Virus record (IMG/VR): IMGVR_UViG_3300035152_000011
DNA from: a virus
Length of the DNA stretch: 64,000 bases
Strand: one strand, 5' to 3'
Part shown: piece by piece, positions 50,938 to 60,027 of the stretch
How positions within the stretch are numbered: position 1 is the first letter of the stretch
Layout of the letters: every line of letters begins with the position of its first letter
Made by a program: the position numbers and the translations under genes
The notes under the pieces: generated by a model
Seen by the model: only the letters and a program-made list of their open reading frames with translations
Databases searched by the model: none
What the model was told of the DNA's origin: nothing

Positions 50938-51073
50938 CCCAGCTCGGGTGGAGGGTAAGTGCGCGTAAGTACGTAATGAAACTATAGTATCATCATACTA
51001 CTGATTAACTCCTTAATCGGTAGTATACCCCCTCTGGACCAGCTCGGGTTCAGGGCTGGGCGCCAGCTCGGGG
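50938..51073. repeat. AT-rich island flanked by three CCAGCTCGGG iterons and containing a 13-bp inverted repeat (origin-like).
   Basis: Iterons at ~50938, ~51039 and ~51062. AT-rich core TAATGAAACTATAGTATCATCATACTACTGATTAACTCCTTAATCGGTAGTATAC sits in an otherwise ~68% GC context. The inverted repeat TACTACTGATTAA-CTCC-TTAATCGGTAGTA is at 50996..51025. Confidence 0.4.
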
Positions 51074-51094
51074 CCAATTCGGCCGGGGATCGCG

Positions 51095-52159
51095 TCAACC
51101 CCCTGCCGATCTCGCCTTTCGGCGGTCGTTTGCGTGCATCTCCACCAGCTTTCGCGCAAAGCGCTCCTTCCCAGCCAGGACCGCAGCCACGGCCGCGTCC
51201 TGGACGTCCCGAGGGAGCCTCTCTCCGCTGCTCCAGCGGCCGATCTGGACCTGGACCTGCAACTCCGCCCGGCGCACCGAGGACACGCCAGCGGCCGTCG
51301 CAGCGCCTTCAGCGACGAGCACGTAGCGATGCCCACGAGGCAGCTCGACGCGGCGCTGCCCGGAGGGGTGGATCTTGGCCTGGGTGACGATGTGCACCGC
51401 GGCCGCGCTGAGCGCGCAGGAGAGCCCAGGGTCGTCCTCGATCCGCGGCTCGTGACCGCCCGGCTGCACCCAGTAGCGCCGTGGGCTGTCCTCTGCGTCG
51501 AGCGGCATCTTGATCAGCGCGCGCCGCCAGTCCGTGGCCTGGACGAGCTGTCCGCGCGCAGCGGCGCGAACGCGGCAGTAGAGATCGTAGCCGGGCTGGC
51601 GCTCACCCTGCGTCCAGACCTCGGCGGCCAGCAGCGCGACGTACCGGCGCAGGTCTTTGTGCGCTGACAGCGTCGCGAAGTGGCCCTGGCCGGTGAGCTG
51701 CACTCCGTCGGCCGCGGTGCTCTCCGGCGCGAGGCACCCCTGGCTCAGGTGGATCGCGTCCCAACGGATCAGCTCGCAGTCCTGCGGCTGGTGGTGCGTG
51801 TGGGGGAAGCAGGTACGGCAGAGCGGATACTCCAGGCCGCAGCCGAGTGGGCAGCGCCAGACGATGCGGGCGTCGCCCTCGTCGGTGTCGGCCTCCATCG
51901 TGCGGTTGTCGCAGAATGGGCAATTGGCTTTTCCCGGCTTGCGCGGCTTGCGCTGATCACGGGTGAGATAGTAGCGCTTGCCACGGCCCCATGTCTCGGG
52001 CGGGCCCTCCGGCATTCCACGCCAACGCCGTGTCCACTTAGGAGCCATAGTACGTCTCGCCGTTGCGGGTGATCCAGAGGACGGTGCCTTCATCGCCGAA
52101 CGTGTTGCTGTAGGATCTGTAGGTCGGCCCTCGACGGTCATCCTCTCTGCACACCTCAC
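51095..52159 (-). CDS. Cys/His-rich hypothetical protein (start uncertain).
   Basis: CPFCDN...CPLGCG...CRTCFPHTHH; a likely internal start is near 52048 (MAPKW). Confidence 0.45.
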   Translation of the reverse strand: MRCAERMTVEGRPTDPTATRSAMKAPSSGSPATARRTMAPKWTRRWRGMPEGPPETWGRGKRYYLTRDQRKPRKPGKANCPFCDNRTMEADTDEGDARIVWRCPLGCGLEYPLCRTCFPHTHHQPQDCELIRWDAIHLSQGCLAPESTAADGVQLTGQGHFATLSAHKDLRRYVALLAAEVWTQGERQPGYDLYCRVRAAARGQLVQATDWRRALIKMPLDAEDSPRRYWVQPGGHEPRIEDDPGLSCALSAAAVHIVTQAKIHPSGQRRVELPRGHRYVLVAEGAATAAGVSSVRRAELQVQVQIGRWSSGERLPRDVQDAAVAAVLAGKERFARKLVEMHANDRRKARSAGG

Positions 52160-52328
52160 AGACGCGCACGCGCTGCCCGCCGAAGTTGATGTGGTGTCCG
52201 GTCAGATGCCCGAAGCAGATGACGCAGAGTTGGATGTCCGCGCGATCCAGGATCTCGGTTGCGAGCCCGAACGCCCCGACGTCAGCGGCCGCCTTGGCAG
52301 CCTCAAGGAATCTCACTTCTCTGCGCAT
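52038..52328 (-). CDS. Hypothetical protein.
   Basis: Start at MRREVRF with RBS GAGGAGAAAC; CVICFGH...CEVC. Confidence 0.4.
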   Translation of the reverse strand: MRREVRFLEAAKAAADVGAFGLATEILDRADIQLCVICFGHLTGHHINFGGQRVRVCEVCREDDRRGPTYRSYSNTFGDEGTVLWITRNGETYYGS

Positions 52329-52692
52329 GTTTCTCCTCAGCCCGCAGTGCGATGCGAAGCCTCGCAGCGAGCGGCAATAGGAAGTGTAACCACGCCTCCT
52401 TGGCAACAAAGCGACTGCCGGTTGCTACTTGTTCCAGCTCGTTGGCGACCCTCGATGCGACGGCCTTGAGGTCACGCCGGTGCTCCAATACGCGGAGAAC
52501 CGCGCGAGCCTGCACGCGGTACTCGTCGCGCTCCCATTCACACAGCTCGTCGGGGTTCGTATCCCAGGCTGCATCGGTCTTCCACTCCTTCTGCTTCTTG
52601 CCGGCAACGGCTTCGTACTCGTCGGGTGCGATGCCGCCCTTGTGGCGGTAGATGACCTCTGCGACTTGTTCTACCAGCTCGTCCACGATCAA
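52303..52692 (-). CDS. Hypothetical protein.
   Basis: 129 aa. Confidence 0.45.
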   Translation of the reverse strand: MIVDELVEQVAEVIYRHKGGIAPDEYEAVAGKKQKEWKTDAAWDTNPDELCEWERDEYRVQARAVLRVLEHRRDLKAVASRVANELEQVATGSRFVAKEAWLHFLLPLAARLRIALRAEEKHAQRSEIP

Positions 52693-53288
52693 CCCCTTTC
52701 GACGACCCTTGCTGGTGGTACAGCTTTGCGCCGATCAAACGGGTGCCAGACGCGGCGCCACAAACGTCTCCACCAGGTCATACGTAGCGGTGTTCTCCGC
52801 ATTTTGCACTTCGCGACTACGCCCTGGAGCGCAATCCTGGTTGCCTCCGCTCGGTAGTGGTCGGCTAGCTCCTCTTCGGTCGGCTCACGCCAGCCCTTGA
52901 GTTGCCAGCCTGGATCTTCGCGCACGGCCGGTAGCCTGTAGCCGAGGACATCGATACGAACAAGCGGTGCACCGTGGTCCGCGATCTCAATCAGTTCCTC
53001 TTTACTGCCTTCGGCCGGAGGGTAGAAACCAGGAGCCACAACAAACAGTCGTTCGCGGCGCTCACCGATCTGGCGGCGACGTGTCGGCCCGCTGTCCGCG
53101 ACGAGCTTGCGCAATGCTTCACGCACCTCGCGCGGCTCAGCGGCCTCAGCGGCCTCTTCGGTGATCTCGTCAGTCACGGCGTCGGCGCCTTCGACGTTGC
53201 TTGTGATCTTCTTCCCAGACCTCACCGAACGCTGAGCCGAAATCGTCAGCGTGCTGCGGTTGCGAATCACGACGCTGGGAGCGGCCAC
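52689..53288 (-). CDS. Hypothetical protein.
   Basis: 199 aa. Confidence 0.45.
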   Translation of the reverse strand: MAAPSVVIRNRSTLTISAQRSVRSGKKITSNVEGADAVTDEITEEAAEAAEPREVREALRKLVADSGPTRRRQIGERRERLFVVAPGFYPPAEGSKEELIEIADHGAPLVRIDVLGYRLPAVREDPGWQLKGWREPTEEELADHYRAEATRIALQGVVAKCKMRRTPLRMTWWRRLWRRVWHPFDRRKAVPPARVVERG

Positions 53289-53445
53289 CGCCGTTCCGTT
53301 GGGCCTTGCGCTCGTCGCGACACGGCTTGCACCGCTTCGGCGGCGTGAACCCCTTCTCAGCGAAAAACTTCTGCTCGCCTGCCTCGAAGATGAACGGTTT
53401 CTTGCAGTCCACGCAGACGATTTCCATATCCTCGTACTCAGCCAT
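53170..53445 (-). CDS. Zinc-ribbon protein.
   Basis: CVDCKKPF...CKPCR; poly-Arg C-terminus. Confidence 0.4.
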   Translation of the reverse strand: MAEYEDMEIVCVDCKKPFIFEAGEQKFFAEKGFTPPKRCKPCRDERKAQRNGGGRSQRRDSQPQHADDFGSAFGEVWEEDHKQRRRRRRRD

Positions 53446-53641
53446 TTTTCTCCTTCAGCTTTCCTTGGACGTACCGCAGTACGCGGCGCGCCGCTTCGTC
53501 ACGGGCTTCCTGGAAGCCAGGTTGATCTTTCATCTCACAGTCGGCAGGGGATTCGCACGGGCACATCCCCCTCTCACTACCGCCGAGGCAGGTGAGCTTG
53601 CAGTAGATCACGTACTTCGCGCGCTGCTGTCGAGTCGTCAT
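53438..53641 (-). CDS. Small Cys-rich protein.
   Basis: CKLTCLGG...CPCESPADCE. Confidence 0.4.
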   Translation of the reverse strand: MTTRQQRAKYVIYCKLTCLGGSERGMCPCESPADCEMKDQPGFQEARDEAARRVLRYVQGKLKEKNG

Positions 53642-53853
53642 GTCTTGAGCGCTTTCTCGACTATCGCACTGATGTTGACGAGCTGGTCTTTGGGCGGCAA
53701 CGTCGAGAGGTGCCGGATGATGTGCTGGATCTTCTCCAACGCACGCCGGTAGGTGTCGCGCTCGATGATTACACTCTTGTCCATCTCGATTGGAGCTTCG
53801 GGTGTCGATTCGCGGAGCCTTGCGAGCAGCTCCTTGCCGCGCTTGTCGATCAT
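53638..53853 (-). CDS. Small hypothetical protein.
   Basis: 71 aa. Confidence 0.4.
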   Translation of the reverse strand: MIDKRGKELLARLRESTPEAPIEMDKSVIIERDTYRRALEKIQHIIRHLSTLPPKDQLVNISAIVEKALKT

Positions 53854-54137
53854 GTCATCCTCATCAGCTCGGCGCGGTCGGGACTCAAGAGGCAGTACGT
53901 CGTCGGGTTACGGTCACAGGCGCGGCAGTAGACGATCTCAGCGCCCCGACGGTAGACGGAGATGCTGAACCTCTCACCGTCGATACTGATAGCTCCCCAT
54001 TCGATGTCACGCGAGAAATCGAAGTCGAAGCCGTCGAGACGCTCGGCGGCCTTCCCCCAGGTCAGCCGCTCAACCCCATTTCCCAACGTCTCGTAGTGCC
54101 CGTGGCTCATAGATCGGCTGGCTTCTTGTTGGGCCAC
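53850..54137 (-). CDS. Hypothetical protein.
   Basis: 95 aa. Confidence 0.4.
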   Translation of the reverse strand: MAQQEASRSMSHGHYETLGNGVERLTWGKAAERLDGFDFDFSRDIEWGAISIDGERFSISVYRRGAEIVYCRACDRNPTTYCLLSPDRAELMRMT

Positions 54138-54337
54138 GCATCCATCTTCGCAGCCTGCTCGCGGGCCCGTCGAGACAGCTCGGGGTCGCCTCCGCGCTCG
54201 TCGTTGAGCTGCGCCCAGTGCCGCACAGCGTCACCAGACACAGCGTCCTGGCCTCGAATCAGGAACACGGGCTCGTTCTCCGGGATCGCGTTCGTCGGGT
54301 CTTGAATGCGGTTGTAGTCATCTCGTGCGTGTTTCAT
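54107..54337 (-). CDS. Small hypothetical protein.
   Basis: 76 aa. Confidence 0.4.
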   Translation of the reverse strand: MKHARDDYNRIQDPTNAIPENEPVFLIRGQDAVSGDAVRHWAQLNDERGGDPELSRRAREQAAKMDAWPNKKPADL

Positions 54338-54714
54338 CTCTGTTCCTTGTATTCGAGGTCGATGTGCCGCGACCAGCCGACATGGCCGCAGTCGAGGCAG
54401 CGGTACTCGCGGCGGTGCAATGAGTTGCGGCTACCGGCCGTCCCCGGCTTCGTCTTCCGTGTACGGCCGGTCAGTTCCACGCGGTCGATCCAGCCGCGGG
54501 CGGTTCGGGGACCGGTAGCACCCTCGATGCGCCGACACTGCGAGCAGCGGAAGCTGATCGGCCGGCCGGTCCCTGCGTTCGTGCCTGGCACTAGACTTCC
54601 TCCGCGTGGTCGAGCCGGTCTTCTTTTGTGCCCCAGCCCGTAACGATGCTGCGGCCGTCGCGGATCGTAAGTACGGCTTCGCGGACCAGTCCGATGATGC
54701 GCAGCGTCGTCCAC
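54334..54714 (-). CDS. Zinc-ribbon protein (start uncertain).
   Basis: CSQCRR...CLDCGH in the C-terminal half; the N-terminal Arg-rich stretch may not be translated. Confidence 0.35.
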   Translation of the reverse strand: MDDAAHHRTGPRSRTYDPRRPQHRYGLGHKRRPARPRGGSLVPGTNAGTGRPISFRCSQCRRIEGATGPRTARGWIDRVELTGRTRKTKPGTAGSRNSLHRREYRCLDCGHVGWSRHIDLEYKEQR

Positions 54715-55037
54715 TTCCAGGGCGTTGTCTGGACGCGGTAGCAGAGGTCAGTTTCTTTCGCGGTTGAGTAAAGTTGGGTCGGGAGTGGCGAATGGCGCGC
54801 CAGCGGCCTGGTGCTCACCGCGATGACGGTGGGCTGGATCATGTCGAGGCCCCCAGGCATGTCGTACAGCTCCTCGGGCGTATAGCCCTGCTGTTCGAGA
54901 TAAACGACCACGCGCTGGGCCAGTCGCCGCGCCGACTCACGGAAGATGCTGTGCGGCTGCGTCTCGGCGCGCCGCACAAGTGCTGCTTCGGCTATAGCCT
55001 TCGCGACTGCTCTACGGCGGTAATCTACGTCGGACAT
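54591..55037 (-). CDS. Hypothetical protein.
   Basis: Start at MSDVDYRRRA; TAATG overlap with the next gene's stop. Confidence 0.4.
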   Translation of the reverse strand: MSDVDYRRRAVAKAIAEAALVRRAETQPHSIFRESARRLAQRVVVYLEQQGYTPEELYDMPGGLDMIQPTVIAVSTRPLARHSPLPTQLYSTAKETDLCYRVQTTPWKWTTLRIIGLVREAVLTIRDGRSIVTGWGTKEDRLDHAEEV

Positions 55038-55240
55038 TACGCCGCGCCGTGCTGGTCTTTGGGAACGTAGGGCTGCATCACGCCGCCGTCGGGGAAGTGC
55101 TCCTCGAAGCGGTGACTGCCGCACTTCGGACACTTCTCGACGTGCTGCTCCCAGTACGTGTCGCCACGGTCGGTGCTACGTGCCCGCCACTTGTGGCCGC
55201 ACTCCCAGCAACGGTATCGACTTGTCGGCTGCCTGCTCAT
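55037..55240 (-). CDS. Small zinc-ribbon protein.
   Basis: MSRQPTSRYRCWECGH...CPKCGSH. Confidence 0.35.
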   Translation of the reverse strand: MSRQPTSRYRCWECGHKWRARSTDRGDTYWEQHVEKCPKCGSHRFEEHFPDGGVMQPYVPKDQHGAA

Positions 55241-55347
55241 CTGGATCTCTTGCGCTGCCCGTGCCAGAGGATCACGACCACAACCACGAAGGTGACGGGC
55301 CACTTGACGATCTCGACGACGTTCAGGATCTCATCATACGGCATCTT

Positions 55348-55941
55348 CTATTCCTTGGGGATGATGATGTTCGAGGCGCCGCTCCGTACTACCCGGTTCG
55401 TAGCGTAGTCCACCTGAACCGGCCCTGGATAGACCGTGACCTTGGCCTCGACGTAGACGGGCTCGATCTGACCCGATTCTCCCAGGCACATCACCCAGGT
55501 CGCCGACGTGTTCTTGCTGGCGAAGATCCCATTGGGCTCTGGCTGCTCGATGGACGTGAGCGCCCCCTCACCGTTCTCCTCGCCCTCGTCATCGATGTCG
55601 GTAGCAACCAGCGGGTTGGTGAGGCTGGTATCATAGGGGATGCCGTAGCCGTAGCTCGGGCAGTCACCCTCAACAACTCCCGTGTCCGACCGCCAGACCG
55701 AGTGGGTACTCACCCTCTGGTTGCGCACCTTGTACAACTCGATGACGAGATGACGCTCCAGCGACCAGTCGAAGACCGGAATGGGTTGCGCCTTCGCGTA
55801 TTGAGCCTGCTGTGCGTTGACTGCTTTGCTCTCCTTCGAGGACGATGTAGAGCCGCCGCAAGCCTTCTCACCATTCTCACAGCCGAACATGACTAGGACG
55901 GACAGAGCCGCCACATACTCAAATCTCATCTTCTTCTTCAT
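55348..55941 (-). CDS. Lipoprotein.
   Basis: MKKKMRFEYVAALSVLVMFGC signal peptide with lipobox. Confidence 0.5.
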   Translation of the reverse strand: MKKKMRFEYVAALSVLVMFGCENGEKACGGSTSSSKESKAVNAQQAQYAKAQPIPVFDWSLERHLVIELYKVRNQRVSTHSVWRSDTGVVEGDCPSYGYGIPYDTSLTNPLVATDIDDEGEENGEGALTSIEQPEPNGIFASKNTSATWVMCLGESGQIEPVYVEAKVTVYPGPVQVDYATNRVVRSGASNIIIPKE

Positions 55942-55969
55942 CTTGTTATCCCCTTTGCTCTCGTCTCGT

Positions 55970-56148
55970 TCACTTCTTCGAGACGCGCGGCTGCCCGGTG
56001 TAGTAGTCGGTGCTGATGTCGTAGTGCCGCTCGACAGCTGCGCGTTCAGCGGGGGACAGCCCCCGCAGGTCCGGTTGCTTGGTGTAGTAGTCGGTGCTGA
56101 TCTTGCTCAGCGCTGCGTCGGCGATGGCTTTGCTGTCCTTGTTGTTCA
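55970..56148 (-). CDS. Small peptide with an internal duplicated motif (59 aa).
   Basis: MNNKDSKAIADAALSKISTDYYTKQPDLRGLSPAERAAVERHYDISTDYYTGQPRVSKK. Strong RBS AGGAGGA; below the ORF-track cutoff. Confidence 0.4.
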
Positions 56149-56156
56149 TAGTCCTC

Positions 56157-56462
56157 CTAGTGCTGCTGCGCCTTGGCAGTGTTGATGCGGATGCGCGCGG
56201 CTCTTGCCTGCGCCTCCAGGTTGTACCGGGTGTTCTCGTCGAGGCCTGGGTTCTTGAGCTGGGCCTCGATCTCGACGAGCGCAGCCTCGTCGGTCGCGAT
56301 CTGGGCCTTCAGCCCCTCGGAGCGCTGGTAGCTCTCCTCGAAGACCTTCCGCTCGATACGCGTCTCACCCCAAAGCCCGAGGTATCGCGTTCCCAAGCCG
56401 ATGGCGACGAGCAGCACGACAATAACGCCGGCCGCGATCACTGCTTTGATTCCGTGTAGCAT
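56157..56462 (-). CDS. Membrane-anchored coiled-coil protein.
   Basis: N-terminal TM AVIAAGVIVVLLVAIGLG; RBS GAAGGAGAAGACA; degenerate hairpin GGAGCCCCGAGGACC upstream. Confidence 0.45.
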   Translation of the reverse strand: MLHGIKAVIAAGVIVVLLVAIGLGTRYLGLWGETRIERKVFEESYQRSEGLKAQIATDEAALVEIEAQLKNPGLDENTRYNLEAQARAARIRINTAKAQQH

Positions 56463-56474
56463 TGTCTTCTCCTT

Positions 56475-56927
56475 CTATCGATACGGTCCTCGGGGCTCCA
56501 GGCCGAGCCTGCGAAGCTCAGCCAGGAGCGTGTTGCCGATGTAGCAGATGATTCGCTTCAGGTCGCTGTAGTCCGAGTTGCTGGGACTCGGCGTCCCCGC
56601 ACACAGCTTGCAGACCCACTTCCGTTGGTAGTCACGGAAGCCGACGCAGATGTCGGTCTCTTCGCACTCGCACTCGAAACCGCAGGACTCGCACTGCCGG
56701 AGCTGCGCTTGAGGCGCGCCGCGACGGCAAATCTCACAGACCAGCTCCTCGCTAAGTACCATCCCATCCGGCGCTGTGACTACCGGGGAGACCTCTGGCG
56801 GTTCTGGCCGCGGACCGTTCACCATTGCGCCGTCAGTCTTGTAGCCGCAGTAGGCCACGCCGACATGGCTATAGAGATGCCAGGTACCCGTCGTGTCGAG
56901 CGCCCAAAATGGCTCATGACTCATCAC
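56475..56927 (-). CDS. Cys-rich hypothetical protein.
   Basis: CEICRRG...CESCGFECECEETDIC...CKLCAG. Confidence 0.45.
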   Translation of the reverse strand: MMSHEPFWALDTTGTWHLYSHVGVAYCGYKTDGAMVNGPRPEPPEVSPVVTAPDGMVLSEELVCEICRRGAPQAQLRQCESCGFECECEETDICVGFRDYQRKWVCKLCAGTPSPSNSDYSDLKRIICYIGNTLLAELRRLGLEPRGPYR

Positions 56928-57561
56928 TGCCTCCTTCGGTGAGTTGCGAGAGCGCTGCCTGGATTGAGTCCGCGCGAGCCCGCCGCGTCGGCCCGACGTG
57001 GTGATCGACGGCCTGGTAGCCGCGCTTGCTCAAGACGGCTTCAACCTCTTCGAGCGAGTACGGCGCGTAGTCGTCGCGCGTGTCCACGCCAACGTCCATA
57101 CGGCGAATGTTCCGCTTCTGTTGAAGCGAGCCGTGGCAGTGGCCGTGAAGATGCCACGAGCCGAAGTGCGACTTGTCCCAGACCTCCCACGGGTAGTGAC
57201 AGAGCAAGATGTAAGTCGAGTCGGCGCCCTTCACGCGGATGCCCGCGCCGTCATACCGCAGGCAGTAGGTGTCCTTGACCCAGACGAAGCGTTCGGTGAT
57301 TGAGCCCTTCAGAGACTTGTCGTGGTTGCCGCGGATGAAGTAGATGCGTCCGTTGAGCCGATTGATGATCTCGCGGGTGAGGTCGGTCCGGCACAGGCTG
57401 ATGTCGCCGAGGTAGTAGACCTCATCCTGCTTGCCGACGCGGGCGTTCCAAGTCCCGATCAACGTCTCGTTCATCTCCTCGACGGAGCTGAACGGCCGGC
57501 CGGCGTAGTCGATGATCGCGCGGTGCCCGAAGTGGTGGTCCGCTGAAAAGAAGATGCTCAT
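56914..57561 (-). CDS. Metallophosphoesterase (calcineurin-like phosphoesterase).
   Basis: DHHFGH, GDI, GNHD and GHCHG motifs in the canonical order. Start at MSIFFSADHHFGH. Confidence 0.7.
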   Translation of the reverse strand: MSIFFSADHHFGHRAIIDYAGRPFSSVEEMNETLIGTWNARVGKQDEVYYLGDISLCRTDLTREIINRLNGRIYFIRGNHDKSLKGSITERFVWVKDTYCLRYDGAGIRVKGADSTYILLCHYPWEVWDKSHFGSWHLHGHCHGSLQQKRNIRRMDVGVDTRDDYAPYSLEEVEAVLSKRGYQAVDHHVGPTRRARADSIQAALSQLTEGGSDES

Positions 57562-58223
57562 GGCTTTAGCAAGCGTTTCCTGTTGCCGTGCTCGTCGAGC
57601 CCTCGGGCGCCCTCTGCCAGCTGCCTGCAAAACTGTGCAGCGTCATCGTCTGTCGCTACCTCCCCTGCCTGTTGCCTAACCAGTTTTGAGAACGCGTTAC
57701 CCTCTCCGGTCTGATCCGCAGCTTCTATCGCGTCACGCATGTCCGAGTTATTGAGGATCTCATGGAGGACGCGTGCTTTGGCTGCGGGCGCCGCGACAGC
57801 AGACAACAATGCACGCGCCCCGCGACCGAGATGTGCGTATCCACGACTCAGTTCTTCAAGGTCTTCGTCGGCAGTAGCCTGAGCACGCGCCGCGTCGATG
57901 TGCCCTTGAAGGATCTCAGGCAGTACCTTCCACGTCGCTATGACGCTGCTCAATTCTTCAACCAGAAACTCGACGCGGCCACTAGCATGGATCACCGCGA
58001 CATTCGTATCGTTCTCCTGAACGTAGACAGGCTCCTCGTCGAATCCATAGAAACGGTTCGAGGGAAACGCGCCTACAATTTCACGCACGAATGCTGCTAG
58101 CTCAGTCTGGGCCAGTATCGTGTACTTGAAGACGTTGTTACGGCGCCGGGTAGCCACCTCTGCGGCTTCGACAGCACTGTCCAAAAGCGTAGCTACCTTA
58201 GCTACCTGATCTGAATCAGCCAC
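57558..58223 (-). CDS. Hypothetical protein.
   Basis: 221 aa. Confidence 0.45.
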   Translation of the reverse strand: MADSDQVAKVATLLDSAVEAAEVATRRRNNVFKYTILAQTELAAFVREIVGAFPSNRFYGFDEEPVYVQENDTNVAVIHASGRVEFLVEELSSVIATWKVLPEILQGHIDAARAQATADEDLEELSRGYAHLGRGARALLSAVAAPAAKARVLHEILNNSDMRDAIEAADQTGEGNAFSKLVRQQAGEVATDDDAAQFCRQLAEGARGLDEHGNRKRLLKP

Positions 58224-58224
58224 G

Positions 58225-58695
58225 CTAAAACTCCTCTCCGCATTCGGGACACCTGCGTACGGGTGGCCTCACTATTGGATACTCGAAGCAGTTATTGCAC
58301 TTGGGACATGCAGCCCGGCCCACGCCGTGTACGTCGTCGAGGTCACCGCTGGGCGGCGGCGGTGGGATGTCGTCGATGTCGAGCTGGCGCATCGCATAGC
58401 GGAGTAGCGCCGAGCGGTTGGCTTTGGTGTAGCCCCGACGTTTCAGCTCGCGTACGAACGCATCCCAGCGCGCGATGTTCGGGTCGTACACTGAGACGCA
58501 GAGGGTCCGATAGGGTTTCACTTCCGAAGGCTCCACGTCTACGTCGCATCCTGCGCAGATGAGATTGGTGTGTGGGTTGTCGTGGCACCACGGCTTCCCC
58601 GACTTCGAGACGGCATGCACTTCACCGCACTCGGGACACTTCGCTCTGGGACGCGCTGGGGTCATGCCTTCCTGTCGCGAAGGCTGTGCCACCAC
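58225..58695 (-). CDS. Zinc-ribbon protein.
   Basis: CPECGEVH...CAGCD...CPKCNNC...CPECGEEF. Confidence 0.45.
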   Translation of the reverse strand: MVAQPSRQEGMTPARPRAKCPECGEVHAVSKSGKPWCHDNPHTNLICAGCDVDVEPSEVKPYRTLCVSVYDPNIARWDAFVRELKRRGYTKANRSALLRYAMRQLDIDDIPPPPPSGDLDDVHGVGRAACPKCNNCFEYPIVRPPVRRCPECGEEF

Positions 58696-59264
58696 TTCAC
58701 GCCTTCAGGCGGGACCGATGTGTAGCCCCAGTAGGTGTCGCCGTCTATCGTCGGGACTGCTGGTACGTACCGGCCAATCTGATCCCCTTTTGCGGGGTCC
58801 CATTCCTTGTCTTGATCCTCCTCGGCGCAGGGCGCGCAGAGAAGCTCGATGTGATCAAGGAAGGCGTTGAACTGGCGCCAGAGCTTGACCCCGGTCGCGT
58901 TGCACTTGCTGCACCGGTAGGCACTTGTCTCACGCTCATGCTCAACGACCTTCGTTTCCACGAGTCCTAACGCGGCTTTGAAGATGCGACTACGGGCAAG
59001 CACATCCGCATAGAGGTCAACGCGACCTATTACGGAAATGCCTGACGGCCTCAGCGCAGCGGCAAGTGACGTCAGCGCATCGCCGCAAACAAGCGCTTCG
59101 AGCGCCTGATCCTGACCCTGAGCCCAACGTACGATGTTGTGCACGATCCACTGCGCGCAACTGACCTGCGTAAGCGCGCTGGGAAGGTACTCGGAGGGGA
59201 CGGCTCTCGCAGTCTCAATAGCAGCGTCAGCGATTGCGTCAGCGATCTCGGCCTCGGGTACCAT
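58662..59264 (-). CDS. Hypothetical protein.
   Basis: 200 aa. Confidence 0.45.
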   Translation of the reverse strand: MVPEAEIADAIADAAIETARAVPSEYLPSALTQVSCAQWIVHNIVRWAQGQDQALEALVCGDALTSLAAALRPSGISVIGRVDLYADVLARSRIFKAALGLVETKVVEHERETSAYRCSKCNATGVKLWRQFNAFLDHIELLCAPCAEEDQDKEWDPAKGDQIGRYVPAVPTIDGDTYWGYTSVPPEGVKWWHSLRDRKA

Positions 59265-59265
59265 C

Positions 59266-60027
59266 TCATCCTCCTAGATACGCTGTGTCGTCGCCTTTGA
59301 CGCGCCGACGCCGCGATTTGAGTCGCCCGCCCGCCTGATCGGCGACGAACTTGCGCGCGGCCTCCGGGTCCTCGGTCGCCTCGGCGGCGTCATACGCATC
59401 ACGTAGTGCCGGGTCGAGCGTTAGCTGGCGCGCGACCTCGATCTTGCGGTCGAGGGGTGCGTCGGTATCGACCAAGGCCTTCGCAACCCGGATCTCGCGC
59501 AGGATGCCGATGACTTCCTCGCACGCTGTCTGTGTGTGCTCGACCTTCTGCGCAGCGGCGGCCGCGTGCTCGCTGAGCATCTGTGGCAGCCCGGCCCAGA
59601 AGGCAGCTACGTCATCGAGATCGTAGACGCGATTGAGGGAGCCCTGAATTGGAGTGCCACCGCCGTCGAACATGTGCAGTAGACCTCGAAGAGCTTCCTT
59701 AGCAGCTTTGATGAGATCCGACTTAGAGCGCTCCGAGGCGTTGACCTTCGCCAACGCGTCTTTTGCGTGCTCCAGCGTCGTGACGACAGCCTCGACTGGC
59801 TCGGCCCTCGGCGGCGTCTGGCCCTTCAGCTCGTTGAGTCGATCCACCTCGGAGCGGTCGAGCCGTAGCTCGCTGCCGCAGTCACAGGGCAACCAAACCG
59901 ATAGTGGATCACAGCGCGTGACGCGAAGCTCGACCTTGTGCTGGCGGTGCTCGATCCCGTGACGCTCAGCCAGTAATCGGCCGGCAGCTGATCGTGCGAA
60001 CTTCGAGATAGTGACCGTCTCAGACAT
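59266..60027 (-). CDS. Hypothetical protein; tandem paralog family member 1 of 3.
   Basis: Shared blocks VAAFWAGLPQMLSEHAAAAAQ and DPALRDAYDAAEATEDPEAARKFVADQAG. Confidence 0.45.
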   Translation of the reverse strand: MSETVTISKFARSAAGRLLAERHGIEHRQHKVELRVTRCDPLSVWLPCDCGSELRLDRSEVDRLNELKGQTPPRAEPVEAVVTTLEHAKDALAKVNASERSKSDLIKAAKEALRGLLHMFDGGGTPIQGSLNRVYDLDDVAAFWAGLPQMLSEHAAAAAQKVEHTQTACEEVIGILREIRVAKALVDTDAPLDRKIEVARQLTLDPALRDAYDAAEATEDPEAARKFVADQAGGRLKSRRRRVKGDDTAYLGG

